Shown here in pieces: positions 40,269-50,700 of a DNA stretch of 64,000 nucleotides (position 1 is the first letter of the stretch; each line of letters begins with the position of its first letter). The notes below the pieces were generated by a model. That model was not told the DNA's origin. It saw only the letters and a program-made list of their open reading frames with translations, and searched no databases. This DNA is from Nostoc sp. DedSLP01. GTDB lineage: Bacteria > Cyanobacteriota > Cyanobacteriia > Cyanobacteriales > Nostocaceae. Where the stretch lies: the NCBI GenBank assembly GCA_034530875.2, contig JAVRCJ020000013.1, forward strand, positions 128,001 through 192,000, written 5' to 3'. Made by a program: the position numbers and the translations under genes.

Positions 40269-40736
40269 CTACTCGTTATCAACTACATTTAAATTCAGAT
40301 TGCCACTATAATCACCAGGGTCTTGCAACGCGGCTGGTTTGTATTTGATGTATAAATCTAGTGAGGGTGAATTTGAGGGGAGCGTGTAATCATTTCCCGA
40401 TGGAGTGGAGAACGCAGCTACTCCAGGAGGAGCTGAACCTCCGGGAACTGTGGTAACTTGAAAAGGAATCGGAGTTTTACCGTCAGATTTTGCTAAATTC
40501 CCAGAATTATCTGAAGTTATCCTCAAAGTAAAACCGTTAACACCAAATTCAGCGATCGCTAATGTTGCTACTTTTACGATGTATTCTAAGGTATTACCCT
40601 CGCCTGCTAGATTGAGATTGCTATTATTGCTGTTAGCAGATACCGTAATCGAAGGTTGGGCAAAAACAGGTTGCATACCAGCTAGAAGCAGTAATAAAGA
40701 AACTAACTTCTGCTTAATGACCAATCTCATAGCCAT
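40269..40736 (-). CDS. Putative pilin subunit (minor)
   Basis: Signal peptide; C-terminus LYIKYKPAALQDPGDYSGNLNLNVVDNE is paralogous to that of 41156-41659. Confidence 0.75.
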   Translation of the reverse strand: MAMRLVIKQKLVSLLLLLAGMQPVFAQPSITVSANSNNSNLNLAGEGNTLEYIVKVATLAIAEFGVNGFTLRITSDNSGNLAKSDGKTPIPFQVTTVPGGSAPPGVAAFSTPSGNDYTLPSNSPSLDLYIKYKPAALQDPGDYSGNLNLNVVDNE

Positions 40737-41097
40737 TTTTCTCTATTGAGTTTTATTTGTTTGCACGGAAGTTAGTTGATGTGCAATTTTTTTCACCTTC
40801 ACTTTTAGAGAAGTATAGTTAGATAGTAACCTCTGTCGATAACAGAGAAAAAGCGTAAATAAGGAAATTGCAGAGTGAGATTTTTTTCCAAGTTGCACAT
40901 CACGCCAAGCCATAATAGGGATTTTGTAAGGCGTTGTCGAATTGAGGGATAATAACAACTCGATAAAATTTCTCTCCCTGCCTCCCGTGTACTCCCTACC
41001 CAAAAACACTCTGTCTAAATTCATCCCACAGTTCTTCAACACAAGGATTGTTAAAGATTGCAGCTATGCTTTCGTGATGTTTAGCCAGTTGAGGATC

Positions 41098-41120
41098 GGG
41101 GTAGCGTTGTTGGCTACCCC
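41098..41120 (-). terminator. Stem-loop downstream of the major pilin gene
   Basis: GGGGTAGC-gttgttg-GCTACCCC, about 35 bp after the stop codon. Confidence 0.55.
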
Positions 41121-41155
41121 TACCATCATTTCTGAAATAATTATTGTGTTAAAAG

Positions 41156-41659
41156 TTAATTGTCAACAACAGTTAGATTAATTGTTGCATTGTAAGTGCC
41201 TGGGTCTTGAAGACTAGCTGGGGTATATTTGATAAATAGAGATTTCCCATTACTACCAACAGCGTTAGCTTGAGAAGTTGCATAGGTTAAGTCAGTACCA
41301 CTAGCAACAGTGAAATCTCCTGTGACAGGAGCAGATGCAGTACCGTCAACCACTTTTACTTGATAGGGGATGGAAGTTGCTGAGTCAGAGTTGGTTAAAT
41401 TTCCTGAGCTAGCAGTTAATGTGTAACCTGTAGAGTTGTTGGTATCGATAGCAAGGTCAGCCACTTCCACGATTGCCTCGCTAGGGGTGGTCAAGTCGAG
41501 GTTATTAGCTCCAGCCGTAGCGGTAGCTGAAATCTCCAATGTAGAAGCAACTGTACCTGAAATTGGCACAGTAGCCGTGGTGCCTGCAAAAGCAGCAGGT
41601 ACGAAGGCAGCACTAGCACCGAAAACTAAGGCAGAAGCTAAAGCAAAATGTAATTTCAT
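41156..41659 (-). CDS. Putative major pilin subunit
   Basis: Signal peptide ending PAAFA, N-terminal strand TATVPISGTV, C-terminal GTYNATINLTVVDN; first gene of the chaperone-usher cluster. Confidence 0.8.
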   Translation of the reverse strand: MKLHFALASALVFGASAAFVPAAFAGTTATVPISGTVASTLEISATATAGANNLDLTTPSEAIVEVADLAIDTNNSTGYTLTASSGNLTNSDSATSIPYQVKVVDGTASAPVTGDFTVASGTDLTYATSQANAVGSNGKSLFIKYTPASLQDPGTYNATINLTVVDN

Positions 41660-42352
41660 AAAACTCCTCCAAACATCAACACTGGACTTCTTTGCTAGTA
41701 GGTAGTTCCTTTTGGGTTTAGTTCCTTCTAGCGAATAAATTTATTATTTATGTTTTAAATCCAAAACATAATCGGGGAACCTGATGATTTTTTTTACTGA
41801 TTATTTTGATAGTATTTACTGTTATTTATATTCGTAGTTGCATAAAAAATACTTAAGCGTCTATTCTCTAGCCTACGTAAGTTTGAGAAAAGACATATAC
41901 TAATCGGATTTGGCTCTTGGATGACTCATACAGTCAGAGAACAGGAAACTATTAACGGAGAGCAAAAGAAAAACCTTTAATCCTTACTATGTAAACGTTT
42001 GCTAAAACCAAATTCTGAATTTAAAATATCGTATTGCTGGTTGCCCAACTCTAAGTAGTGAATTTCCATCGCAGCAAATCTACTGAAAATTCTTAGAGGC
42101 TTCTTATGTACAATTGCTAGAAAAAAAAATCTCCTCACTTACTTTTTTCTGACTTTGACTTAATTCGATGATTAAAGCTTTCATACTTTTGTGGGTCTAG
42201 AACCGTATGAAAATCTAAAATTTGGAGCAGAAAGTATCAGGAGCCACAAAGCACCCCATGTTTCATATATTTTTTAGTTGTCAGTCCCGAAATCAGCCCC
42301 CAGTTTTAATATGCTAAATTTGAAGCGGGATAGTACAAAGTTACAAAGCTAT

Positions 42353-42429
42353 GGTTCAGGTTCTATATCCCTGACCGGTGCGCCTACCCTTGGTTTGAGC
42401 GTATGTCGCCGAGTACTTGAAGCTAGACC
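42353..42429 (+). ncRNA. Candidate rod-shaped ncRNA A
   Basis: Hand-folded nested pairings GGT/ACC, TTC/GAA, GAC/GTC, GTGCGC/GCGTAT, ACC/GGT; ends 3 nt before a tRNA. Confidence 0.4.
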
Positions 42430-42432
42430 GTC

Positions 42433-42508
42433 GTTTGATTAGCTCAGTTGGCAGAGCAATCGACTCATAATCGATGTGTCGCAGGTTCGAGTCCTGTATC
42501 AAACACCA
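42433..42508 (+). tRNA. tRNA with CAT anticodon (Met or Ile2)
   Basis: Full cloverleaf: GTTTGAT/ATCAAAC acceptor, GCTC/GAGC D stem, ATCGA-CTCATAA-TCGAT, GCAGG-TTCGAGT-CCTGT, encoded CCA. Confidence 0.92.
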
Positions 42509-42509
42509 A

Positions 42510-42585
42510 AGGAAGTTAGCTCAATTGGAAGAGCGATCGACTCATAATCGATTTGTTGTAGGTTCGATTCCTATACTTTCACCCA
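42510..42585 (+). tRNA. Second tRNA with CAT anticodon, 1:72 mismatch
   Basis: AGGAAGT/ACTTTCA acceptor (A1:A72 unpaired), same anticodon arm as the first tRNA, GTAGG-TTCGATT-CCTAT, encoded CCA. Confidence 0.82.
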
Positions 42586-42665
42586 ACCCTGTCCGGGTTA
42601 AAAGACACTACCCTGTAAAGGTAGCCAAATATGGTACGAATCCCAAAAGGTTCGAGACCCCCATT
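42586..42665 (+). pseudogene. Degenerate tRNA-Tyr(GTA)-like sequence
   Basis: Perfect anticodon arm CTACC-CTGTAAA-GGTAG (42608-42624), D-like GTC..GGTTAAAA..GAC and a long variable arm; T arm and acceptor stem broken. Confidence 0.55.
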
Positions 42666-42677
42666 TTCTCAACTCTG

Positions 42678-42754
42678 CGGTGCAAGTGTTCTGCTGTCTT
42701 TCATCACTCCCAAGGTGGTGTTTGATGGCTACAGTCAAGGAGCTAGCGCAACTG
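42678..42754 (+). ncRNA. Candidate rod-shaped ncRNA B
   Basis: Hand-folded nested pairings TGC/GCA, GTTCT/GGAGC, GCTGT/ACAGT, TCATCA/TGATGG; followed by a T-rich tract. Confidence 0.4.
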
Positions 42755-43078
42755 TTTTCTCTTTAACTTGAGTATGTCCCTTCGTTTTCCACAGTCGATT
42801 TCTCTACGGAGATTTTGAATTGGCAAATAGAACGGCGTATTTGAGCGCAGTTATTTTTCTCCACATCGCTGGAGAAAGTAACAGCAATCTTAATCCAGTT
42901 CTGGAGAAACTTTTGCCCGCACCTCAACTGTAAACACTTGCATTAGCAGAGTAAAAAAATCTTTTCCTATGATGTACGGCGCAAATTTAACCACTACTCC
43001 ACTAGCGATTGAGGGTAATCTAGGAAGGTTGGAAAGTGACAAGTCAGGAATTTGGCGATCGCCTACTTTACCTGAATA

Positions 43079-44098
43079 TTAAATATCACTGTAACCATAG
43101 CAATGCAAAGTTTGAGTTAGTGCCTGCTGGAGTTCAGAGTTAGCAGAATGTCTTAGTTGTTTTAAGACAGCGATAATTTCATCATCATTAGGGTAAATAA
43201 GTTGTCCGAGCTGTTTGACGTAATGAAGTTGGACAAAAGGTTTTTCATACGGCAGTTGTTGTATGACATACTGCTTGTAGCATTGTAGAAAGTGATTTTC
43301 AAAGCCCAATGCTTGCTGACACAAACTGCGTAAAAGTTCTCTAGAGTCGCTACTTTCTGGAACTAAATAAGCCCATTGCTTACAACAATACTCATATACT
43401 GATTCCACTAGGAACGTCCATTCATCATTAATCCAAATGCGGTAAAATTCGGCGCAAACTCGTTTCCAACTGCCGCTACCAAAATAATTGCCAGTCTTAA
43501 GTAAAATCAGTGCTTCTGCTGGAGAAAGAACATTAATGACTAAATCTTTGATGCCAATTTGAGTTGTGCGATCGCGCAGATACATCATGCGGCCATCATA
43601 ACCATAAAACTCACCAACTGGTGAAGGATAGTCAAGAGGAAATGTTAAACAAGGAGGATTACCGCGTAACCGTGCAAACAAACGGTACTGTCCAAACATC
43701 GAGTCACGGATATGGTCTTCAACAGGTTTTTTGGGAACGGCGAAGCGAATGTCTTCCCCATATATAAGCTTGCTGGCTGTTTGAAACCGCACCCCACCAA
43801 CAGAAAATAGATGTGCTTCATCAAGTGGAATCAGGTCTACTGCCAAGGCTGAATACCTTTCGCACTCTTGTTTAAAGGATGCAAATCGTTGTTTTTCTAA
43901 GAGAGTTTGTTGTTCCTTAAATACCACTACTATGTCGAGGTCGCTAGTTTCTACTGCCTCACCAACGGCATAACTGCCAACCAAATAGTAGCCACGAACT
44001 CTGCCACAGAAAAAAGACTCGCCCAAATTAATAATTTCACAAATTATTTGGTCAATATCAGGGATATCACTTGAGTCAACAAGAGCAATATTAGTCAT
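43079..44098 (-). CDS. Pol-beta superfamily nucleotidyltransferase with helical C-terminal region
   Basis: GYYLVGSYAVGEAVETSDLDIVVVF (GS..DxD) motif plus a third Asp (VDL); ATG at 44098 preferred. Confidence 0.85.
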   Translation of the reverse strand: MTNIALVDSSDIPDIDQIICEIINLGESFFCGRVRGYYLVGSYAVGEAVETSDLDIVVVFKEQQTLLEKQRFASFKQECERYSALAVDLIPLDEAHLFSVGGVRFQTASKLIYGEDIRFAVPKKPVEDHIRDSMFGQYRLFARLRGNPPCLTFPLDYPSPVGEFYGYDGRMMYLRDRTTQIGIKDLVINVLSPAEALILLKTGNYFGSGSWKRVCAEFYRIWINDEWTFLVESVYEYCCKQWAYLVPESSDSRELLRSLCQQALGFENHFLQCYKQYVIQQLPYEKPFVQLHYVKQLGQLIYPNDDEIIAVLKQLRHSANSELQQALTQTLHCYGYSDI

Positions 44099-44200
44099 AG
44101 TGCTGAGGATAGTTACGATTGAGCTAAACACAGTAACAGCAATATCGATCGCTTCTACAGAAGCTTTTGCCCCCACACTAAACTGTAAACACCTGCGCTA

Positions 44201-44215
44201 GTAGTATAATACTAC
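44201..44215 (+). promoter_or_regulatory. Palindromic operator overlapping a -10 box
   Basis: Perfect inverted repeat GTAGTAT-A-ATACTAC containing TATAAT (44205-44210), upstream of the slipin gene. Confidence 0.65.
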
Positions 44216-44443
44216 AAGTGCTTAATGAACCCTTTAGTTTTTGTTTGTAGGTTTGTAAACTCTTATAAAGATAAAGGAAGTAGTATTTTAGACGGCTGCA
44301 TCTAGATTAATTCTATTTACTCCAGTACTTAAGCTGTAAGACAACGATTTAAATCACAGGTGGTATTTACTTTCAAGCAAGGTTATAAATGTCTTGATTA
44401 AATCTTCTTAGCTGGTTGTGTTAAGGTATCGCTCAAATTATCT

Positions 44444-45982
44444 ATGCAAATTACTATGTGGGAAAAATTTTATATTAAACCTAACGAAATTGGTATCCTA
44501 TACCATCGCAGCGACTTCAAGAAAATTTTAGAGCCTGGTACGCATACTTATTTTGGTCGTCATTGGCAAGTTAAAACCTACGACCTCAACCAGCCACAAG
44601 CTCAGATTGAAAACCTAGAACTATTGTTACGGAATCATCAGGCTGAACTACAACAATATTTACTGATTGTCAGAACCGCATACAACCAAGCGGCTTTAGT
44701 ACGCTGCGGTCAGAATTGGGTAAGCGTTGCACCAAATCAATTGGTGGCTTTTTGGCGTGGTTTTATTGAGGTAGAATCTTATCTCTTCAACTTAGAAGAA
44801 AGTTTAGAGTTGCCTAGTTCTTTTGTGCAGCAACTACGTAAAATCAGCTTGAATGGAGTGAAAAAGTTCCAAATTTCGGAGTCTGAGATTGGTTTACTGT
44901 ACGTGCAAAATGATTTTGTCCGACCTCTAGAACCTGGAGAATATGCTTTTTGGTCAGTAGATCGGGATGTTTCTGTACGGACTCTCAGCCGAATTGTGCC
45001 TAACCCAGACTTTCCTCTAGAAGATGTCCTAATTGAAAAACATCCAGATTTTATTGCTGCTTACTGCCAAACAGTGCAATTACTGAATTGGCAAGTTGCA
45101 ATTGTGCGGTATCGAGGTAAAGTGATTTCTATTTTGCCACCCACAAGCCGCAAGCTGTTTTGGCAAGGTGTTGAGGTAGAAGTTATTGACATCAGCACTG
45201 ATGCTCAGTTAGAGCCTCGCTTAGTGGCTGAGTTGGTTGAGGGTTCAGCAGATGTGAAATTGCTTAGTCGCAACTGTTTGCATATATGCCAAGTACCCGC
45301 ACAACATATCGGATTACTATACATTAATCAAGAGTTTCAAGGACAGCGATCGCCAGGTATACACGCTTGGTGGTTATTTGGACGCTCCTTTCAAACCGAA
45401 ACCATCGACTTGAGGCTGCAAAACATGGAAGTATCAGGTCAAGACATCCTTTCTAAGGATAAAGTACCTCTGCGGTTAAATTTGACAGCTGGCTTCCGCA
45501 TCCTCGATCCGTTGAGAGCAAAAAGCGGCTTGTCAGATATTGCCGGCTTCCTATACAAAGAATTACAATTTGCATTGCGTGGTGCGATCGGCGAACGCAA
45601 CTTAGACGCCTTATTAGAAGATAAAGGTGCAATTGACAGAAGTATATCTGAATATATCCGCCAGAAAACCGCAGACTATGGAATCGAAGTAGATTCTGTA
45701 GGCGTCAAAGATATAATTCTACCTGGCGAGATTAAGACAATCTTGAGCAAAGTAGTCGAAGCAGAAAAAGCTGCTCAAGCAAACGTAGTCAGACGCAGAG
45801 AAGAAACCGCCGCCACCCGCAGTATGTTAAACACAGCTAAAGTAATGGAGGATAACCCGGTAGCCTTGCGTCTCAAAGAACTCGAAGTTTTAGAACGCAT
45901 TGCAGAGAAAATCGATCGCATTCAAGTTAATGGTAGTTTGGATAATATTTTGACAGACTTAATTCGGATTAATGGGCAGTGA
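44444..45982 (+). CDS. Slipin/SPFH (Band-7) family protein
   Basis: DLRLQNMEVSGQDILSKDKVPLRLN, VKDIILPGE, RREETAATRSMLNTAKVMEDNPVALRLKELE; repeated N-terminal LxPG modules. Confidence 0.9.
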   Translation: MQITMWEKFYIKPNEIGILYHRSDFKKILEPGTHTYFGRHWQVKTYDLNQPQAQIENLELLLRNHQAELQQYLLIVRTAYNQAALVRCGQNWVSVAPNQLVAFWRGFIEVESYLFNLEESLELPSSFVQQLRKISLNGVKKFQISESEIGLLYVQNDFVRPLEPGEYAFWSVDRDVSVRTLSRIVPNPDFPLEDVLIEKHPDFIAAYCQTVQLLNWQVAIVRYRGKVISILPPTSRKLFWQGVEVEVIDISTDAQLEPRLVAELVEGSADVKLLSRNCLHICQVPAQHIGLLYINQEFQGQRSPGIHAWWLFGRSFQTETIDLRLQNMEVSGQDILSKDKVPLRLNLTAGFRILDPLRAKSGLSDIAGFLYKELQFALRGAIGERNLDALLEDKGAIDRSISEYIRQKTADYGIEVDSVGVKDIILPGEIKTILSKVVEAEKAAQANVVRRREETAATRSMLNTAKVMEDNPVALRLKELEVLERIAEKIDRIQVNGSLDNILTDLIRINGQ

Positions 45983-46050
45983 TTTAGTCATTAAAGATTA
46001 AAACATAGGTATCAAGCCTGTTTTAGTTCTGTATTCTGAATTCTGCTATA

Positions 46051-46653
46051 TCAACCGCTTTGAAGCATCCAAACTAAAAATCCTAGAATTTGTTCTACAG
46101 GCGGAAGAGGATAATCCATCAAGTCAATAGTGACAGTATTATCCTCTAACTTGAGGAATCGCCATTGCGTTCCACTGCTGATAGAACCATATATTACGGG
46201 AACTGGACGATTTTTTGCGGCATTAAATCTTTGTGCTGCAACCATTTCTGCAATACATTGTCCAAAGCCTGTTCTTAAATCAGCTTTTTTTGCTTCCACA
46301 ATCACAATTGCAGGCGCTTCAATTTCTAAAACTTCAGGCGATCGGCTCAAAAGAAAATCACATATTCCATTAAGTCCAACTGATTCATCAACTGTAAAAT
46401 CTTCTCCAGAGAATAAGCTAACTTGCCGATTTAATATCCGCCTAACTTCTAATAATACTGGGTAAATAATTCCTTCTGAACGAGCTTTCTCACTTGCTGA
46501 AGAAGCAAGAGGCAGACTTTCTTCAAGATATGCTCTCAGTGTGATAGATGCTTCAATACCTTCGATTACAGGAAGAAATCGCCCGCCTTCCTGTGTTTTT
46601 AATCCGAAAGCTTCTTTCACTTTACTAATATTGGTAAACTGGCTGTAAGACAT
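46051..46653 (-). CDS. Conserved cyanobacterial PD-(D/E)xK-fold protein
   Basis: GICDFLLS..IVIVEAKK..GQCIAEM..SGTQWRFL. Confidence 0.75.
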   Translation of the reverse strand: MSYSQFTNISKVKEAFGLKTQEGGRFLPVIEGIEASITLRAYLEESLPLASSASEKARSEGIIYPVLLEVRRILNRQVSLFSGEDFTVDESVGLNGICDFLLSRSPEVLEIEAPAIVIVEAKKADLRTGFGQCIAEMVAAQRFNAAKNRPVPVIYGSISSGTQWRFLKLEDNTVTIDLMDYPLPPVEQILGFLVWMLQSG

Positions 46654-46851
46654 AAATACTCATTTTGATACAGGATTTTATCTGCGATGTAGCTTAACTC
46701 AATTTTATCGACGCATAGATTGTGTAGTCGTAGGTTGCCGTCAACATTGCTCATCAAAGCAATTAAATTGTCCTTATTACCTACGAGCAACTCTATTAAT
46801 GTATGGTAATTAGAAGATAATGCGTACTTATGCAGTAATAAATTTACCATC

Positions 46852-47736
46852 ATGAAGGAACACGTTGAGGCTACTCCAGTTAATAACGCATTCTTTAGTC
46901 ATACCAACTTCACTCTGACTTCAGGGCCAGGAAACACTGAATCTTTCGTTCAAGATATTGCCACTTACTTTGTTCAAACTTGGATGGAGTCTCAACTACC
47001 TAATATGATGAAAGTTTGGCAAAATTGGAGTAATGCCTCATCTGACGAAAAGCAAGAATACTTTTGTTATTTAAGAGATGCTTTGCTATCCGATGTCAAA
47101 GAAGACGACTCCATTAGAGGGTACACAAATCCAGAAGTTTTAACAGGTTTTCGTTTAAAAGACAATCCAGAAACTTCTGAAGGACATACCAAGCCAATTG
47201 GTACATTTACAGAAACAATGTTGCGTTGGCTCAGAGCCAATTTCACTTCTCAACAATTATTAATTGAACCTGTTGTTCCTAAACCATCTGGAAGCGGATA
47301 TATTGACTTCATAGAAGTTACTGGGAAACCTAACGATTATTTATCTATGTCAGTTATATTGTGGGAAATAAAAGGCTCAGATCAGCAGGCAAGCGCACAT
47401 AATACAAAAATATGTAAACAACTTGATGATTATCCAATGAGATTTTATGCAATAGCAAATTACATATGTGCTTCTTATACTGGTAATGATCCTGCATTGA
47501 AAAAATTTTTAAGAGATATGGCTAGATTAGTCAGAAATCATAGCCCTCAGGCTCATTATGGTGTTTTTATAACTCATGACGCAAATGTTACACAAAGTAA
47601 AGCTATAGTCCCTAATCTACATAAGCACCCTAAAGGCTATTCTGGTTCCCAAAAATCTCATAATTTAGTAGTTTTACTCATCCCAGATTTTAAAACAGTT
47701 CGCCTTGATGTTTGGCGTGCCCTTTATTTAGCCTAA
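46852..47736 (+). CDS. Putative PD-(D/E)xK nuclease, HamA-like
   Basis: GTFTETML helix, GYIDFIEV and ILWEIKGS motif order; 21 bp upstream of an SF2 helicase gene. Confidence 0.65.
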   Translation: MKEHVEATPVNNAFFSHTNFTLTSGPGNTESFVQDIATYFVQTWMESQLPNMMKVWQNWSNASSDEKQEYFCYLRDALLSDVKEDDSIRGYTNPEVLTGFRLKDNPETSEGHTKPIGTFTETMLRWLRANFTSQQLLIEPVVPKPSGSGYIDFIEVTGKPNDYLSMSVILWEIKGSDQQASAHNTKICKQLDDYPMRFYAIANYICASYTGNDPALKKFLRDMARLVRNHSPQAHYGVFITHDANVTQSKAIVPNLHKHPKGYSGSQKSHNLVVLLIPDFKTVRLDVWRALYLA

Positions 47737-47757
47737 TTTTTTTAGTATTAAAAGAGT

Positions 47758-50700
47758 ATGGAGAGGCTTCTAGAGTTTAATACATTAAAAGAGATATTTC
47801 GCGGGGATCAAGCAGTAGGCAGTTTACAGGCTTATGCTGATCGCGTCCGAATGCTTCATCATCGATTTCTTGAATCTCAATTAGCTTCAGAGGAAGTAAG
47901 GTGGCTAGAAACTGATGAGTTGCTGAAGTTTGCCAATGATGCTGAATTTCTTGCCACTGAGTATACAAATCCACTCGTAATACAAGAAAGTGAGGGACTT
48001 CCTGTTGAAGATATTCCCAGCCGTCAGATTGTGCAAGATGCCCTTTCTCTTGCTGGCAATATTTTTGAATTTCTTGCAGACACTATTGATTTATATGAAA
48101 AGCAAAATCTTGAACTAGAACTCTGCCAAAGTCTTGGAGGAACTTATCTCCTAAAACTCAAGTCTGCTCTGTGCTATGGATTAGGATTATATGAAGCACG
48201 TACTCATGTAATCCTAAATCGATTAGTTGAAAATTTAGATTTACCATCTTTATTTAACCTCCAAAATATAGAGAGGTGGGCTACATATTTATTCTTATCT
48301 TTTCTAAGCCGTAATCTGCGTCAAGTACTTCGGATTGGGCAACATCTTCAGGAACAGATAAATTCAATTAGAGATTTATTGCAACAATCTTTAATTAGTC
48401 AAAATTCATATAGTCAAGATTTTTATTATTTATCACATCAAGAAATTATAGATATCGCTACATCTTTATCATTAATAGAAGCTGCTATACAAGCATCTCA
48501 GGCATTGCTGAGAGGTAATTCAGAGTTAATCGCTCAAGCTCGGCAAAGCTTTGACAATGCTATTCAATATGTTTCTCAATTAGGTAATTATGAACGATTT
48601 TGGATTATTCGTACTGCAAAAGAAATTCTAGAAAGAATCTGGATAAATAGTCCTTGGGTTCGTTTAGAAAACGTAATAAATCGTCGAACCTACTTAAGAA
48701 AACTTGTTGAAGATGGAATTGTTACCTTGTGGAATTCACAGATAGCAGCTCTTGAAATGCGATCAACTCTAGGCATTCTAAATGGAGGATATCTAGATGA
48801 TCGTGTAAAGAGAGTTATTATCAATATGCCCACAAGTGCTGGAAAGACATTATTAGCAGAATTAGCTATTGCTCATCAAGTATTTTCTAGTATAGATTCT
48901 AAATGTGTTTATGTTGCTCCCTCAAGAGCATTATGTGACCAAGTAGCGGCTGATTTATCAAGTCGTCTAGCTCGTTTTAGGATTCGAGTGACTACTATGG
49001 TTAGTGATAATGACATCACTGGATATGAAAGTATTATTTTTGGACGTAACAACGTAATTATCGTTACCCCTGAAAAATTGGGTTACTTAATTAGACAAGA
49101 AAATACATTCATTTTTTCTTCTAAATTGTTTATTTTCGATGAATTACATAATATTGGTAAGCCAGAACGAGGGTGGTGTTATGAAGAATTAATTTCTCTC
49201 TTACTTCAAAATATTCAAACAAAAAATTCTAAAATGATTTTTTTGTCAGCAGTTATGCCAAATCATTTAACTGTTCAAGAATGGGTAGATCCTGAAAAAA
49301 TCAATGATACTATTAGTGAAATATGGCAGCCAACACGATTGTTAAAAGGAGTAGTCGTCTTTGATACAAAGCCTCCTAATTCTCAAGTAGAACTACCTGG
49401 GCATCTAATTTACGTTCGCCGCAAAGAAGACTTAAATTCTCCTTTTAAGATTAACAATTTTATTCAATCAACGCAAATTCTTGAAAGGAAACCTGGCAAT
49501 AAAGATCAACGAATCAGATGGCATCGTGACCGCAGTCAAAGTCACGGCAAAGTTCATCATGCAGTTAGTGCAGCTATCAAGTTTGCTCGATTAGGTTCAG
49601 TACTTGTATACTGTCCTCAAAAATTGGATGCATCTCATTTTTGTGAAATTATTCAAACACGGAATCTTCCTTGGGTCAATATTCATCTTTCACATCTTCA
49701 AGAAGTAATAGAGTTTGTTAGAGATGGACTATCTAATGGACATCCTCTTGTAAAAGCATTAGAATCTCAAGTTGCATTTCATCATGCCGGACTACCGCGT
49801 GAGGTTAGAAACGAAATAGAATATGCCTTCCGTAAAGGTTGGATTCGTATTCTAGCAGCTACTTCAACTCTAGTAGAGGGTGTTAATCTTCCTGTAAAAA
49901 CTCTAATTTTATCTGACTATTGCATAAGATATTGGGATGGCAAGAAAGAAGTAAAGAATGGAATATTGACTGGTCAAGAATTTAAAAATATTGCAGGTCG
50001 AGCAGGGCGTGCAGCATATGAAACAGAGGGTCAGGTAGTTTTTATCCAAGCAATTGATGGATATCCATACCGGATTTTTGATAATAATTTTGAAGAATAT
50101 CTCAACTTGGAATCCAACTCATCGAGCTTAAATATAGTTAGTACATTTGCCAATGAATTTATTTTATCAGAACTCAGTCGTTTAGTTGACGAACTTGACA
50201 ATAATCAATTAACAGAACAACAATTAATTTTTGAAATTGAGTCTGCTTTAGAAGCACGTGATAATCTAAAACTTATTAATAAACTTCAAACTTTCACATT
50301 ATTAATTCAAAAGCAAGATATGGTTACTGATGATGAAGAATCTTTTGTCAGAATTTTTCAAGGAACCTTCCTTGGCAAAATTATACCTAACATAGCTCCT
50401 CAAATTTTAGGCAGATTTTCTCATAGAACTGGAAGAGCTATAAAAAATCAAATTAGTCAAGTAAATCGGGATCTCTTTGCTCAAACTGGATTAAAAATTT
50501 CTACATGTAGAACACTTATGGCAAAAGTTGATGATTATTGGCAAACTAAAATACCAAACATAAATAATTTTTTATATAATACTTTTAATCATGATAATTT
50601 ATATGAAATAGCTGAAATTATTTATAACCTAGAAGATGAAGAAATATCTGCACAAAAGGATCTGAAAGCCACTCCCTCTGCTCGGAAGAAACGTGGTTTA

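Noticed and set aside
40743..41181. ORFs 40743-41042 and 40942-41181 between the pilin genes
   Set aside because: Non-ATG starts, no motifs and mutual overlap; probably intergenic.
42324..42352. GCGGGATAGTACAA as the start of another tRNA
   Set aside because: No anticodon arm, T arm or matching acceptor strand follows; it fits better as a promoter or operator.
42474..42725. 83-aa ORF
   Set aside because: Overlaps two tRNA genes; spurious.
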